DNA of 64,000 nucleotides from an uncultured virus (IMG/VR IMGVR_UViG_3300018041_000003). Lineage: Duplodnaviria > Heunggongvirae > Uroviricota > Caudoviricetes. Under the pieces are notes generated by a model. The model worked only from the letters and a program-made list of their open reading frames with translations, did no database searches and had not been told where the DNA came from. Below, in pieces: positions 48,380 to 57,543 of the stretch. A program made the translations under genes and the position numbers. The stretch lies in the IMG/VR virus record IMGVR_UViG_3300018041_000003; one strand, 5' to 3'. Position 1 is the stretch's first letter. Each line of letters opens with the position of its first letter.

Positions 48380-48991
48380 ATGATCATCGGCATTTGCGGT
48401 TTAATCGGTTCTGGTAAAGATACAGTTGCCCAATATCTTATTGATAATCACAATTTTCAAAAAATCTCGTTTGCAGACAAATTAAAAGATTCTGTTGCTG
48501 TTATGTTTGATTGGGATAGAGAATTACTTGATGGAAAAACAGATGAATCAAGACAATGGCGAGAGACGCAAGACGACTATTGGACTAAAGAAACTGGACG
48601 TACAATTACTCCACGCAAAGTGCTTCAAGAATTTGGCACAGAATGTATGCGTAACGGATTCTATGATGGAATTTGGGTTAGTTTAACTAAGAAAATACTA
48701 ATAGATAATAAGAATACAAACTTTGTTATACCTGATGTACGGTTTCCTAACGAAGCACTAATGCTTACAAAAATGGGCAGTGAATTATGGCGTGTTCGAA
48801 GAGGAGCAGATCCTGTATGGTTTAGAATGTATCAAGATATCGGAGTTGAACCAAAGGATGTTCATGCATCTGAATGGGCATGGGCAAATTCAAACTTTAC
48901 ACAAATTATTGATAACAACAGTACACTTGATGATCTTAAAAATCAGGTGAAAGGTCACCTTGCTTCCACTTCACACCTTTCCGTTGCATAG
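48380..48991 (+). CDS. Deoxynucleoside monophosphate kinase (T4 gp1-like)
   Basis: IIGICGLIGSGKDT P-loop, SFADKLK, TPR.VLQ.FGTE..R, DVRFPNE, H.SE. Confidence 0.88.
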   Translation: MIIGICGLIGSGKDTVAQYLIDNHNFQKISFADKLKDSVAVMFDWDRELLDGKTDESRQWRETQDDYWTKETGRTITPRKVLQEFGTECMRNGFYDGIWVSLTKKILIDNKNTNFVIPDVRFPNEALMLTKMGSELWRVRRGADPVWFRMYQDIGVEPKDVHASEWAWANSNFTQIIDNNSTLDDLKNQVKGHLASTSHLSVA

Positions 48992-49268
48992 CAATTTGAC
49001 AGTTAGCACAAATAGTTTTTAAATTAGCAGGTCTACAATTTTCTAAGTTTCCGTCTATATGATAGACTCTTAATTGTTCTTTATATTCTGCTTTAAACCC
49101 GCATTTTTCACATTCGGGTTTTTGTCGATATCCTGATTGATGCCATCGAGGTTTCTTAGGTGTTCCGTTGCGTAAACATCTATCACATTTAGTTCTATAA
49201 AACGTTTTGTTGTGTTTTTTATAATTAACGGCTACAGGCCTCTGTCCACAACTGCATAAAGGTCTCAT
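48936..49268 (-). CDS. Zn-finger / HNH-like protein
   Basis: CSCG, CDRC, CEKCG...HIDGN..N....NLKTICANC. Confidence 0.7.
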   Translation of the reverse strand: MRPLCSCGQRPVAVNYKKHNKTFYRTKCDRCLRNGTPKKPRWHQSGYRQKPECEKCGFKAEYKEQLRVYHIDGNLENCRPANLKTICANCQIAMQRKGVKWKQGDLSPDF

Positions 49269-49335
49269 ATTGTATTTAGCATACCTTTTTCTGCCCTTTT
49301 TCGACGGTAATATAATGTCCTTTTTGAGTGAAACA

Positions 49336-49343
49336 TATAAATA
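49336..49343 (+). promoter_or_regulatory. T4-type late promoter TATAAATA for the sheath gene
   Basis: Perfect consensus upstream of the CAGGAG RBS of the sheath gene. Confidence 0.8.
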
Positions 49344-49386
49344 CTATTGACAGAACAAAGTTTAAAGTTCAACAGGAGAACACAAG

Positions 49387-52300
49387 ATGGCAAACTTAGT
49401 ATCACCAGGAGTATCGGTCAGCGTAATTGACGAAAGTTTTTATACGCCCGCTGAGCCAGGTACTACCCCAATGATTTTCGTTGCTACTGCACAGGATAAA
49501 GCCAATGCAAGTGGCACAGGTACAGCAAGAGGAACTACACAAGCAAATGCAGGTGTACCTTTCTTGTTAACATCGCAAAGAGATCTTTCAGAGACTTTTG
49601 GCGATCCGTTATTTTATACAGATAACAACAACAATCCAATTCACGGTGGAGAACTTAATGAATACGGATTGCAAGCGGCATACTCATACTTAGGCGTAAG
49701 TAACAGAGCGTGGGTCGTAAGAGCAGATATTAATCTAGGCGAACTGCAAGCGAGTGCAACAGCACCAGCGGCTGATCCAGAAGATGGAACACAATGGTTC
49801 GACACACAAGTTTCAAAATTTGGTATTTTTGAATGGAATGGTAACTCTGTATCATCTACAGGCGGACAAACGTTCACTAACAAAGTACCTACAGTAATTA
49901 CAGACAATACTAAACTAGTAGGTAATAGCAATACTGGCGTTCCGAAGACTTCTGTTGGACAGGCGGGCGACTATGTTGTTGTTGCAACAACTACTATAAA
50001 CAAAGTATACTATAAAGCATCTACAGGTGAATGGGTTAAAGTAGGTTCTGACAATTGGGTAGCATCTTGGCCCACAGTTGTTGGTACTGTAAGCAATCCA
50101 ACTTTCACAGGTGACTTTACTATCAATGGTACAACAGTTACTGGTGGTGGAACACTTGCAGACTTAGTTTTAGACATTAATAACGATGCTACTTTACAAA
50201 CAGCAGGTATTACTGCTAAAGCAGTTAACAGCAAGTTAGAAATTTATTCAACAGGTGTAGCAGTTGTTATTGCTGATCCAAACAGCAACATTGTTGCAGG
50301 ATTAGGTTTAACAGCGGCAACTTACCAAGCACCGAAATTAAGTATTGCTCCGCATACAAGCATTCCAGAATACAAGTCAACAGATACTAATCCACGTCCA
50401 AGTGGATCTGTTTGGTTTAAGACTACAGATGCTAACCAAGGTGCAAACTTAAATGTTAAAACATTTAACGCAACAACTGGTTTGTGGGAAAAGAAAGATG
50501 TTCCGATTTATGCGAACAACGCTTCTGCACTAGAAAAACTAGATTCAACAGGTGGTGGCAAGAACTTATCAATTGATACTTACTATGCACAAACTAATGT
50601 TGTTGAAGGTAGTGACGCAGAGTTTGATTTTAAAATCTTCAAACGTGCAACGGCTGGATCAACAGCAGTTGTATCAAGCATTATTCCTTCAAGTGGTGTT
50701 GCGGCAAGCACATATACATTTACAGTGGCTGAAACACTAGTTAATGATGCAGACTTTACTACACCAGTAACAGTTAGCATAATTACTACTGGCGCGGCAG
50801 GCGACGCTGATGAAATTGCAGGACAAATTAACTCAGCAGGTTTAACAAATGTTATTGCTTCAGTTGACGCACAGAACAGAGTTGTTATTGAACATACATT
50901 AGGCGGTGATATTAGATTTGTTGACACAGACGGATTGCTTAACCTTATTGGTTATGCACCTTACGTAAGTGCAACATCTGGTACTGCTAACTTATACTTT
51001 GTTCCAGGTACAGACGGTGATACAAATCCAGAACAGTACATGGCATCAAACTGGAGAGTATTATCATATACTGCAAGTGAAGATGCTCCAAATGCACTAG
51101 CATCAGATGGTCAACTATGGTACAATTCAATTGTTGACGAAGTTGATATGCTAATTCATAATGGTACTAACTGGGTAGGTTATCAAAATTATCAGTCAGG
51201 TAGCATTGATTACGCCGACACTTCACCAGCAGGTCCAATTGTTTCAGCAACTGAGCCAACACAACAATCAGATGGTTCTGATTTAGTTGAAGGTGATCTT
51301 TGGATTTCAACAGCAGACTTAGAAAATTATCCACTAGTTTATCAGTATAACTTTACTACTAAAAAGTGGACACTAAGAGATAGTTCAGATCAATCAACTG
51401 ACAACGGTATTTTATTTGCAGATGCACGTTATAATACAGCAGGTGCAAATAGTGACGAAGCAGGTGATATTACAGATCTACTAGCAAGCGATTACTTAGA
51501 TCCAGACGCTCCAGATCCAGCATTATATCCAAAAGGTATGTTGCTTTGGAATTTAAGACGTTCAGGATTTAATGTTAAGAAATTTGTACGTAACTACATT
51601 GACACTACAGAAGATAACGGACGTGGTAGCGATGATGGTTCTTCAATGGATGCTTACTATCCACACAGATGGGTAACTGAAAGTGCTAACCAAGCAGACG
51701 GTTCAGGTTCATTTGGTAGAAAAGCACAGCGTAAAGTTATTGTACAATCATTCCAAGCAATGGTTAATAGCAATGATGACATTAGAGATAATGAATCACG
51801 TATCTTTAACTTAATGGCAACACCAGGATATCCAGAACTAATTGGCGAAATGATTTCACTAAACTATGACAGAGGCTTAACTGCGTTTGTTGTTGGTGAT
51901 TCTCCATTCAGACTAAAAAGCGATGGTACTACATTAAACAACTGGGCAACTAACGTTGCAGGTGCAGTTGAAGATAATGATCAAGGTCTAGTAAGTAATG
52001 ACGAATACCTAGGTATTTTTTACCCAAGTTTATTCACAAGCGACAATGCAGGAAATAACGTAGTTGTTCCAGCATCGCATGGTATACTAAGAACTATTGC
52101 ACTAAGTGACAATGTTTCTTATCCATGGTTTGCACCAGCAGGAACTAGAAGAGGCGGCATTACAAATGCTACTTCCGCAGGTTACATTGATGCAGAAGGT
52201 GAATTTAAAACTGTTGCACTTAACGAAGGTCAAAGAGATACATTGTACAGCAGTGCAGTTAATCCGATTACATTCTTAACTGGTTCTGGACTTGTTAACT

Positions 52301-52656
52301 TTGGTCAAAAGACAAGAGCAAGAAACGCTAGTTCTTTAGATAGAATTAACGTTGCACGTTTAGTAATTTACTTACGTTCACAATTGAACAAACTTGCTAA
52401 ACCATATATCTTTGAACCTAATGATAAGATCACTAGGGATGAGATTAAACAGCAAGTTGATAGTTTAATGCTAGAACTTGTAGGACAAAGAGCGTTATAT
52501 GATTTCCTAGTAGTGTGTGATGAATCAAACAACACACCAAATAGAATTGATCGTAACGAGTTATATGTAGATATAGCGATTGAACCAGTAAAAGCAGTAG
52601 AATTTATTTACATTCCACTAAGACTTAAAAATAATGGTGAGATAGCGGGCCTATAA
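49387..52656 (+). CDS. Contractile tail sheath protein (T4 gp18-like)
   Basis: LVSPGVSVSVIDES; PWFAPAG.RRG; LY...VNPI; GQKT....SSLDRINVARL; FEPND..TR; CDESNNTP..IDRNEL.VDI.I.PVK..EFIYI. Confidence 0.95.
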   Translation: MANLVSPGVSVSVIDESFYTPAEPGTTPMIFVATAQDKANASGTGTARGTTQANAGVPFLLTSQRDLSETFGDPLFYTDNNNNPIHGGELNEYGLQAAYSYLGVSNRAWVVRADINLGELQASATAPAADPEDGTQWFDTQVSKFGIFEWNGNSVSSTGGQTFTNKVPTVITDNTKLVGNSNTGVPKTSVGQAGDYVVVATTTINKVYYKASTGEWVKVGSDNWVASWPTVVGTVSNPTFTGDFTINGTTVTGGGTLADLVLDINNDATLQTAGITAKAVNSKLEIYSTGVAVVIADPNSNIVAGLGLTAATYQAPKLSIAPHTSIPEYKSTDTNPRPSGSVWFKTTDANQGANLNVKTFNATTGLWEKKDVPIYANNASALEKLDSTGGGKNLSIDTYYAQTNVVEGSDAEFDFKIFKRATAGSTAVVSSIIPSSGVAASTYTFTVAETLVNDADFTTPVTVSIITTGAAGDADEIAGQINSAGLTNVIASVDAQNRVVIEHTLGGDIRFVDTDGLLNLIGYAPYVSATSGTANLYFVPGTDGDTNPEQYMASNWRVLSYTASEDAPNALASDGQLWYNSIVDEVDMLIHNGTNWVGYQNYQSGSIDYADTSPAGPIVSATEPTQQSDGSDLVEGDLWISTADLENYPLVYQYNFTTKKWTLRDSSDQSTDNGILFADARYNTAGANSDEAGDITDLLASDYLDPDAPDPALYPKGMLLWNLRRSGFNVKKFVRNYIDTTEDNGRGSDDGSSMDAYYPHRWVTESANQADGSGSFGRKAQRKVIVQSFQAMVNSNDDIRDNESRIFNLMATPGYPELIGEMISLNYDRGLTAFVVGDSPFRLKSDGTTLNNWATNVAGAVEDNDQGLVSNDEYLGIFYPSLFTSDNAGNNVVVPASHGILRTIALSDNVSYPWFAPAGTRRGGITNATSAGYIDAEGEFKTVALNEGQRDTLYSSAVNPITFLTGSGLVNFGQKTRARNASSLDRINVARLVIYLRSQLNKLAKPYIFEPNDKITRDEIKQQVDSLMLELVGQRALYDFLVVCDESNNTPNRIDRNELYVDIAIEPVKAVEFIYIPLRLKNNGEIAGL

Positions 52657-52688
52657 CATGATAAATAATATTAATAGGAGCAAATAAA

Positions 52689-53318
52689 ATGGCAATTTCA
52701 TCACTCTCAAGATTAACAGTGCCTTTGGATAGTAACGCGAGTTCTTCCGCTCAAGGTTTGTTAATGCCAAAACTGCAATACCGCTTTAGGGTATCGCTAG
52801 AAAACTTTGGTGTAAGTACACCAACTACTGAATTAACCAAACAGGTAGTTGATGTTACAAGACCTAACGTTTCATTCGAACAGATTACACTTGATGTATA
52901 TAACTCACGTGTGTACCTAGCAGGTAAACACACTTGGGAACCAATTACACTTAACTTACGTGAAGATGTTTCAAACAATGTTCAGAAACTTGTAGGCGAG
53001 CAACTACAGAAGCAATTCGACTTCTTCGAACAGTCGAGTGCGGCTTCAGGCGCGGATTACAAATTCGTTACACGTATCGAAATTTTAGATGGTGGTAACG
53101 GAGCGAATACGGCAAGTGTGCTAGAGACTTTTGAATTGTACGGTTGTTATCTTGAGAGTGCAAACTACAACTCATTAGCGTATTCAACTAATGATCCTGT
53201 AACTGTTGCACTATCTATTAGATACGATAACGCAATTCAAACACCACAAGGTACTGGTATTGGTACTGCTGTAGGCAGAACTGTAAATACTCTAGTTACT
53301 GGCGGTGGCGCAAGTTAA
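52689..53318 (+). CDS. Tail tube protein (T4 gp19-like)
   Basis: Follows the sheath gene; YRFRV...RP.......AGK.TW.PI...ELYGC.......Y......L.IRYDNA. Confidence 0.85.
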   Translation: MAISSLSRLTVPLDSNASSSAQGLLMPKLQYRFRVSLENFGVSTPTTELTKQVVDVTRPNVSFEQITLDVYNSRVYLAGKHTWEPITLNLREDVSNNVQKLVGEQLQKQFDFFEQSSAASGADYKFVTRIEILDGGNGANTASVLETFELYGCYLESANYNSLAYSTNDPVTVALSIRYDNAIQTPQGTGIGTAVGRTVNTLVTGGGAS

Positions 53319-53341
53319 TTAAAGTTTTAATTAAAAATATT

Positions 53342-53367
53342 AAAGGCGGCTTTATGTCGCCTTTTTT
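53342..53367 (+). terminator. Intrinsic terminator after the tail tube gene
   Basis: AAAGGCGGC-TTTAT-GTCGCCTTT followed by a T run. Confidence 0.85.
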
Positions 53368-53404
53368 ATTATCTGCGTACTTTTTATATTAGATAAATAT
53401 TAGT

Positions 53405-54760
53405 ATGGCAGACATATCCAAATTTCTTAACAACTTAGCCAGTGGTGCTCTCAACCCTAAAGGCAATCTTGCAGACTTTCAACATGGCGCAAGATTATAT
53501 GTTGATGATAATTTTAAATTTGCTCCAAAGCAAAAATTCCTTTATCATGTTGCATTTAATATTAATCCTCAAGCATCAGCAATTATTCCACAGTTAACAC
53601 AAAAGCATAGTAATACAATTAATATGCTTGTAAAAAGTGTAGACTTGCCTAAGTTTGATATTACTACTGAAGTCAAACACGCATATAATAGAAAACGTGT
53701 TTTACAAAAACGTATTGACTATAGTCCATGTAATGTTACATTCCATGATGACAATTATGGATTAACAACAGCGATGTGGGAAGCATACTATAGATATTAT
53801 TACAAAGATGGTAACTATGCATCAGTTGATCAAGCAGGTAATCCTGAACAAACAGCAACAGCATACAACAGAGGAAACATATACGGAACAGATGCACAAA
53901 ATAAATTTCGTTATGGTTTTGATAATGACAGTTATAGCCCATTCTTTAACAGTATTATTGTATACCAAATGTCAAGGAAAAGATATACAGCATATACGCT
54001 AGTTAATCCGATAATTCAAAGTTGGCAACACGATACTATGGATCAGTCTGTAAGTGATCCTGTACAAAGTACTATGTCAATTCAATTTGAAACAGTTTGG
54101 TATTCGCGAGGTCCAGTGTCAAAAGGGTCAGCACCAAAAGGATTTGCAACAGAACATTACGACCAAACTCCAAGTCCACTAACATTGGCTGGTGGAGGAA
54201 CATCAAGTTTATTCGGTGTTGGAGGAGTTGCGTCTGGTACCGCTGATGTATTTGATGATATTACTAGTGGCAGAGCATTTAGTTCTCCGGGGGCACTATT
54301 AGGTACAGTATTAAAAGCAGGTAATATTGCTAAAAATGTCAAGTCTTTAAGTAAAGACGGTTTAAGACAAGAAGGATTTCAAATTTTAAAAGGAGCGTTA
54401 GGAGACATAAGTGGTGCACCAGTTGGCGGCGTTGCAAATTCATTGTTTCCAAAGTCAGCAGGCAATGGAGGATTGAACAATGTTGTTACAGCAATCGCAG
54501 GAGTAAGTGCAGTTGCTAAAATTGCTTCACTAGCACAAACAACTAGTTTATCAGATGCTAAAGCGGCTCTCGAAGCAAATCCAGATGCATTAGCAGACTT
54601 AACAAAGTCAACAACATTTAAAAAGACACACCTAGCAGGAGGAGGCGATCCTAGTGTCAATGCTATTAATAATGCATGGGAAACTACTAGTGCCTCATTT
54701 AAGACTGCTCAGAATAATGAAACGTTAAATAACTTAGGAAACATAATTAAAGGTGCATAA
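53405..54760 (+). CDS. Tube-fold baseplate / tail-tube initiator-like protein
   Basis: LVKSVDLPKF...YNRKR......Y.P..VTFHDD tube-like motif; Gly/Ala-rich C-terminal half. Confidence 0.55.
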   Translation: MADISKFLNNLASGALNPKGNLADFQHGARLYVDDNFKFAPKQKFLYHVAFNINPQASAIIPQLTQKHSNTINMLVKSVDLPKFDITTEVKHAYNRKRVLQKRIDYSPCNVTFHDDNYGLTTAMWEAYYRYYYKDGNYASVDQAGNPEQTATAYNRGNIYGTDAQNKFRYGFDNDSYSPFFNSIIVYQMSRKRYTAYTLVNPIIQSWQHDTMDQSVSDPVQSTMSIQFETVWYSRGPVSKGSAPKGFATEHYDQTPSPLTLAGGGTSSLFGVGGVASGTADVFDDITSGRAFSSPGALLGTVLKAGNIAKNVKSLSKDGLRQEGFQILKGALGDISGAPVGGVANSLFPKSAGNGGLNNVVTAIAGVSAVAKIASLAQTTSLSDAKAALEANPDALADLTKSTTFKKTHLAGGGDPSVNAINNAWETTSASFKTAQNNETLNNLGNIIKGA

Positions 54761-55128
54761 TGGCTAGTAACTTACCAAAGACACAATCAAGAGACAGCGC
54801 AAGTGAAGTAAAGCAATTTTATAATCAGTATTTTACTGACTTTATTAATTTTCCTTCAAATGATGTTGACGCAGTAATTGGATTTTTTGAAAATAGAGGA
54901 TTTAGTAAAACAGGCGCCATTGCAGTTGGAACTGTGCTACTCCAACAAGCAAAGTTAGACGGTATTAAAGTTTTTGAATTATTAGATACATTAAAGCAAA
55001 CTGATCAAGTACAATTAAGCAGTGTAGTTACAGAAGTATTAAACTACAATAGAGAAAAAATTTCTACACTAGGTTATAAAGTTGATAATACTTCAAATAG
55101 AATCGAAGCACGAAACATAGAGGTGTAG
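54760..55128 (+). CDS. Hypothetical protein
   Basis: 122 aa, TAATG-coupled to the previous gene. Confidence 0.6.
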   Translation: MASNLPKTQSRDSASEVKQFYNQYFTDFINFPSNDVDAVIGFFENRGFSKTGAIAVGTVLLQQAKLDGIKVFELLDTLKQTDQVQLSSVVTEVLNYNREKISTLGYKVDNTSNRIEARNIEV

Positions 55129-55129
55129 C

Positions 55130-55570
55130 ATGGCTAAATTTGCCCAAGGGCGATATAACCTCAAAAATCCAGACAAATACGTAGGACGCAAAACACCACT
55201 ATATAGAAGTAGTTGGGAATTTGCTTTTATGAAGTTCTGTGATGAAAATCCCAATGTTGCTAAGTGGGCCAGTGAAGCAGTTAAGATACCTTATCTTAAT
55301 CCGTTAACAGGTAAACACACAGTTTATGTTCCAGACTTCTTTATTGCATATGCAGATAAGAATGGCAAACAACGTGCAGAAGTAATTGAAGTAAAACCGG
55401 ATAATCAAACTACACTTGAAAGTGCAGGACGTAATAAGTATAAACAAGCACAAGTAGTACTTAATATGGCTAAATGGGAAGCCGCTAGAGCATGGTGTAG
55501 AGATAAAGGACTATTTTTTAGAGTAATTACTGAAAAGGATATGTTCCATCAAGGAACACGTAAAGGCTAA
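55130..55570 (+). CDS. Head completion nuclease (T4 gp4-like, TnsA-type PD-(D/E)xK)
   Basis: NPDKY.G....YRSSWE..FM..CD.NP....W.SE...IPY...YVPDF...IEVKP...N.AKWEAA. Confidence 0.88.
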   Translation: MAKFAQGRYNLKNPDKYVGRKTPLYRSSWEFAFMKFCDENPNVAKWASEAVKIPYLNPLTGKHTVYVPDFFIAYADKNGKQRAEVIEVKPDNQTTLESAGRNKYKQAQVVLNMAKWEAARAWCRDKGLFFRVITEKDMFHQGTRKG

Positions 55571-55600
55571 ATAATAGTAGCATATAATGGATTTTAAGTT

Positions 55601-56092
55601 ATGAAGAAACTAGAAGAATTGCTTAATTTGCCCGAGTCTAAAGAAATTGTAGACGAAGCAAAATCTGAAGCAAAAGCAGAAGCAAAAACGGCTGTTATTG
55701 AACGTGAAGAAACACAGCGTAGTATTGCTGAATTAGATAAGATTAGTTCTGCACTTCCACAAGTTAAAGGCCTAGGAGAAATGGCTGATAAAGAACTTAA
55801 TGAAGTTGCAGATAAAGCCATGCAAGCATACGAAGATCTAATGGACTTGGGTATGAATGTAGAAAGCCGTTATAGTGGTAGAGTTTTTGAAGTAGCCGGC
55901 GGTATGCTTAAAACTAGTTTAGATGCTAAAGTTGCTAAGTTAGATAAGAAACTTAAAATGGTAGAATTGCAACTTAAAAAAGAAAAACAAGATAAAGACG
56001 GTGGAAACGACGATGATCTAGTTTCAGGTGAAGGATATGTAGTTGCAGACCGAAATAGTTTACTTGAAAAATTGAAAAACATGGATAAATAA
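55601..56092 (+). CDS. Probable terminase small subunit (T4 gp16-like)
   Basis: Helical 163 aa protein; RVFEVAGGMLK resembles the gp16 R.YEVAG.L.K motif; lies upstream of terL. Confidence 0.6.
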   Translation: MKKLEELLNLPESKEIVDEAKSEAKAEAKTAVIEREETQRSIAELDKISSALPQVKGLGEMADKELNEVADKAMQAYEDLMDLGMNVESRYSGRVFEVAGGMLKTSLDAKVAKLDKKLKMVELQLKKEKQDKDGGNDDDLVSGEGYVVADRNSLLEKLKNMDK

Positions 56093-56112
56093 CATTGTAA
56101 TAGGAAACGGAT

Positions 56113-56679
56113 ATGAAATTATACAGCGAATATTTAACAGAAGCATACAACAATAAAACTTACGAGTTTAAGATTGGTGTTGCTGGCGACAACGATGGTG
56201 TTGCAGATAAACTTGAAATGTGTCTTAAAAAGTTTGGAGTTACAAATATTACTCCAGGCAAAAAAACACCAATTCAAGAACGCCCACTAGATTTTCCACA
56301 GTTGCAAAACGAAGAAGTAACTTATTACGAAGCAACTATTACATATCCAACACACGCTGAAGCATTACAAGAGTATCTAGGTTATAATATTGGTAAATCA
56401 CAATCACACATTATGGTACGCAATATGAATGCTCCACAAGAAGTTTATCAAGAGATTAACGATGCACCATATGAAATAAAACTTACTAAAGAAGATATGG
56501 GCGGTGAATCAGCACAAGAAAATGTTGGAAACAACAGAGTTATGGATTTGCTTAAAGAGTTAGAAACTGCTCGTAAAGAACACGAGTACGATCCAACTGC
56601 TACTGCAAAGACTATTACATCAGACCAACCAAAAACAGAAATGACTGACGTTAAGTCTAAAAGTCCAATAGGGAGTTAA
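56113..56679 (+). CDS. Putative internal head protein with capsid-targeting-like N-terminus
   Basis: MKLYSEYLTE-A resembles T4 IPII/IPIII MKTYQEFIAE-A. Confidence 0.55.
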   Translation: MKLYSEYLTEAYNNKTYEFKIGVAGDNDGVADKLEMCLKKFGVTNITPGKKTPIQERPLDFPQLQNEEVTYYEATITYPTHAEALQEYLGYNIGKSQSHIMVRNMNAPQEVYQEINDAPYEIKLTKEDMGGESAQENVGNNRVMDLLKELETARKEHEYDPTATAKTITSDQPKTEMTDVKSKSPIGS

Positions 56680-56681
56680 TT

Positions 56682-57482
56682 ATGAGATTAGATGACATTT
56701 ACAAAAAGATTCAGCAATTGGACGAGGCGATGAATGAAGCCGCTTCTGCTTCGATTAATATGTCAGGCGACAATGCTGAGGACGTTATAAAATTAATGAA
56801 TGCACTTAAAGGTGGTTCGGGCGCAGATTCAATTGACAGTATTCCAACTGCAATTAAGAAACCAGTTGCACCTATGCCTGTTATGGGTCCACCAGATATG
56901 AGCGACGACATGGCTAAGTTAAGAGACATTGTAGACGGTCCAAAAGATAGAGATCAATTGAAGCCGGGCATACAGGGAGAACCATGTAAGATTTGCGGTA
57001 AAGATCATTTAGGCAATTCAGGATGTGGAGAAGATATTGAAACAAGTGAAGGCGCTGGCGTAAGTTTAGATCAAGCACGTGAATACTTTTTTGATAAGCA
57101 TGACTTTGCTGATGAAAATGTTCAAGGCGAATATGACGAAATGGCAAGCAAAATGTCTCCAGAAGATGCTGAGACACTTAAAAAAGAACTTGAAGAATTT
57201 TATCCTGATGTTACTTTTGAAGGTTATGCTAACGAGCCAGATGAAAGTTATCAAGATCAGCATTATATGACTAAAGATTTATCAGGCGGTAGTGAACAAG
57301 GTCAAAAGAAATCATATCCAAAAGCGGCTGGCGGAGATAATCCAATGGCACTAGAGGCTGAAATTGCAAAAAGTTTAGCGGCACAGTTAAAAACATTTAT
57401 GTCTGAAGGTAAAGGCTGTGAATGTAATGACGGCGGCTCATGTGATTGCGACGATAGTTGCGAAGATTGTAGTTGTAAATAG
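56682..57482 (+). CDS. Acidic low-complexity protein (putative internal head protein) with Cys-rich tail
   Basis: Multiple xxE sites; CKICGKDH.....C; C-terminal CECNDGGSCDCDDSCEDCSCK. Confidence 0.5.
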   Translation: MRLDDIYKKIQQLDEAMNEAASASINMSGDNAEDVIKLMNALKGGSGADSIDSIPTAIKKPVAPMPVMGPPDMSDDMAKLRDIVDGPKDRDQLKPGIQGEPCKICGKDHLGNSGCGEDIETSEGAGVSLDQAREYFFDKHDFADENVQGEYDEMASKMSPEDAETLKKELEEFYPDVTFEGYANEPDESYQDQHYMTKDLSGGSEQGQKKSYPKAAGGDNPMALEAEIAKSLAAQLKTFMSEGKGCECNDGGSCDCDDSCEDCSCK

Positions 57483-57501
57483 TTTACTCAAAGGCTATTT
57501 C

Positions 57502-57529
57502 AAATAGGGCCTCCGGGCCCTATTTTTTT
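57502..57529 (+). terminator. Intrinsic terminator
   Basis: AAATAGGGCC-TCCG-GGCCCTATTT followed by a T run. Confidence 0.88.
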
Positions 57530-57543
57530 GAGTAAATACTAGT

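Noticed and set aside
49387..55128. Tailocin or extracellular contractile injection system
   Set aside because: Terminase, neck, head-completion, SSB and UvsX genes indicate a complete phage.
55130..55570. TnsA-like transposase suggesting a Tn7 element
   Set aside because: Motifs and context match the T4 gp4 head-completion nuclease; no tnsB/tnsC or transposon ends.
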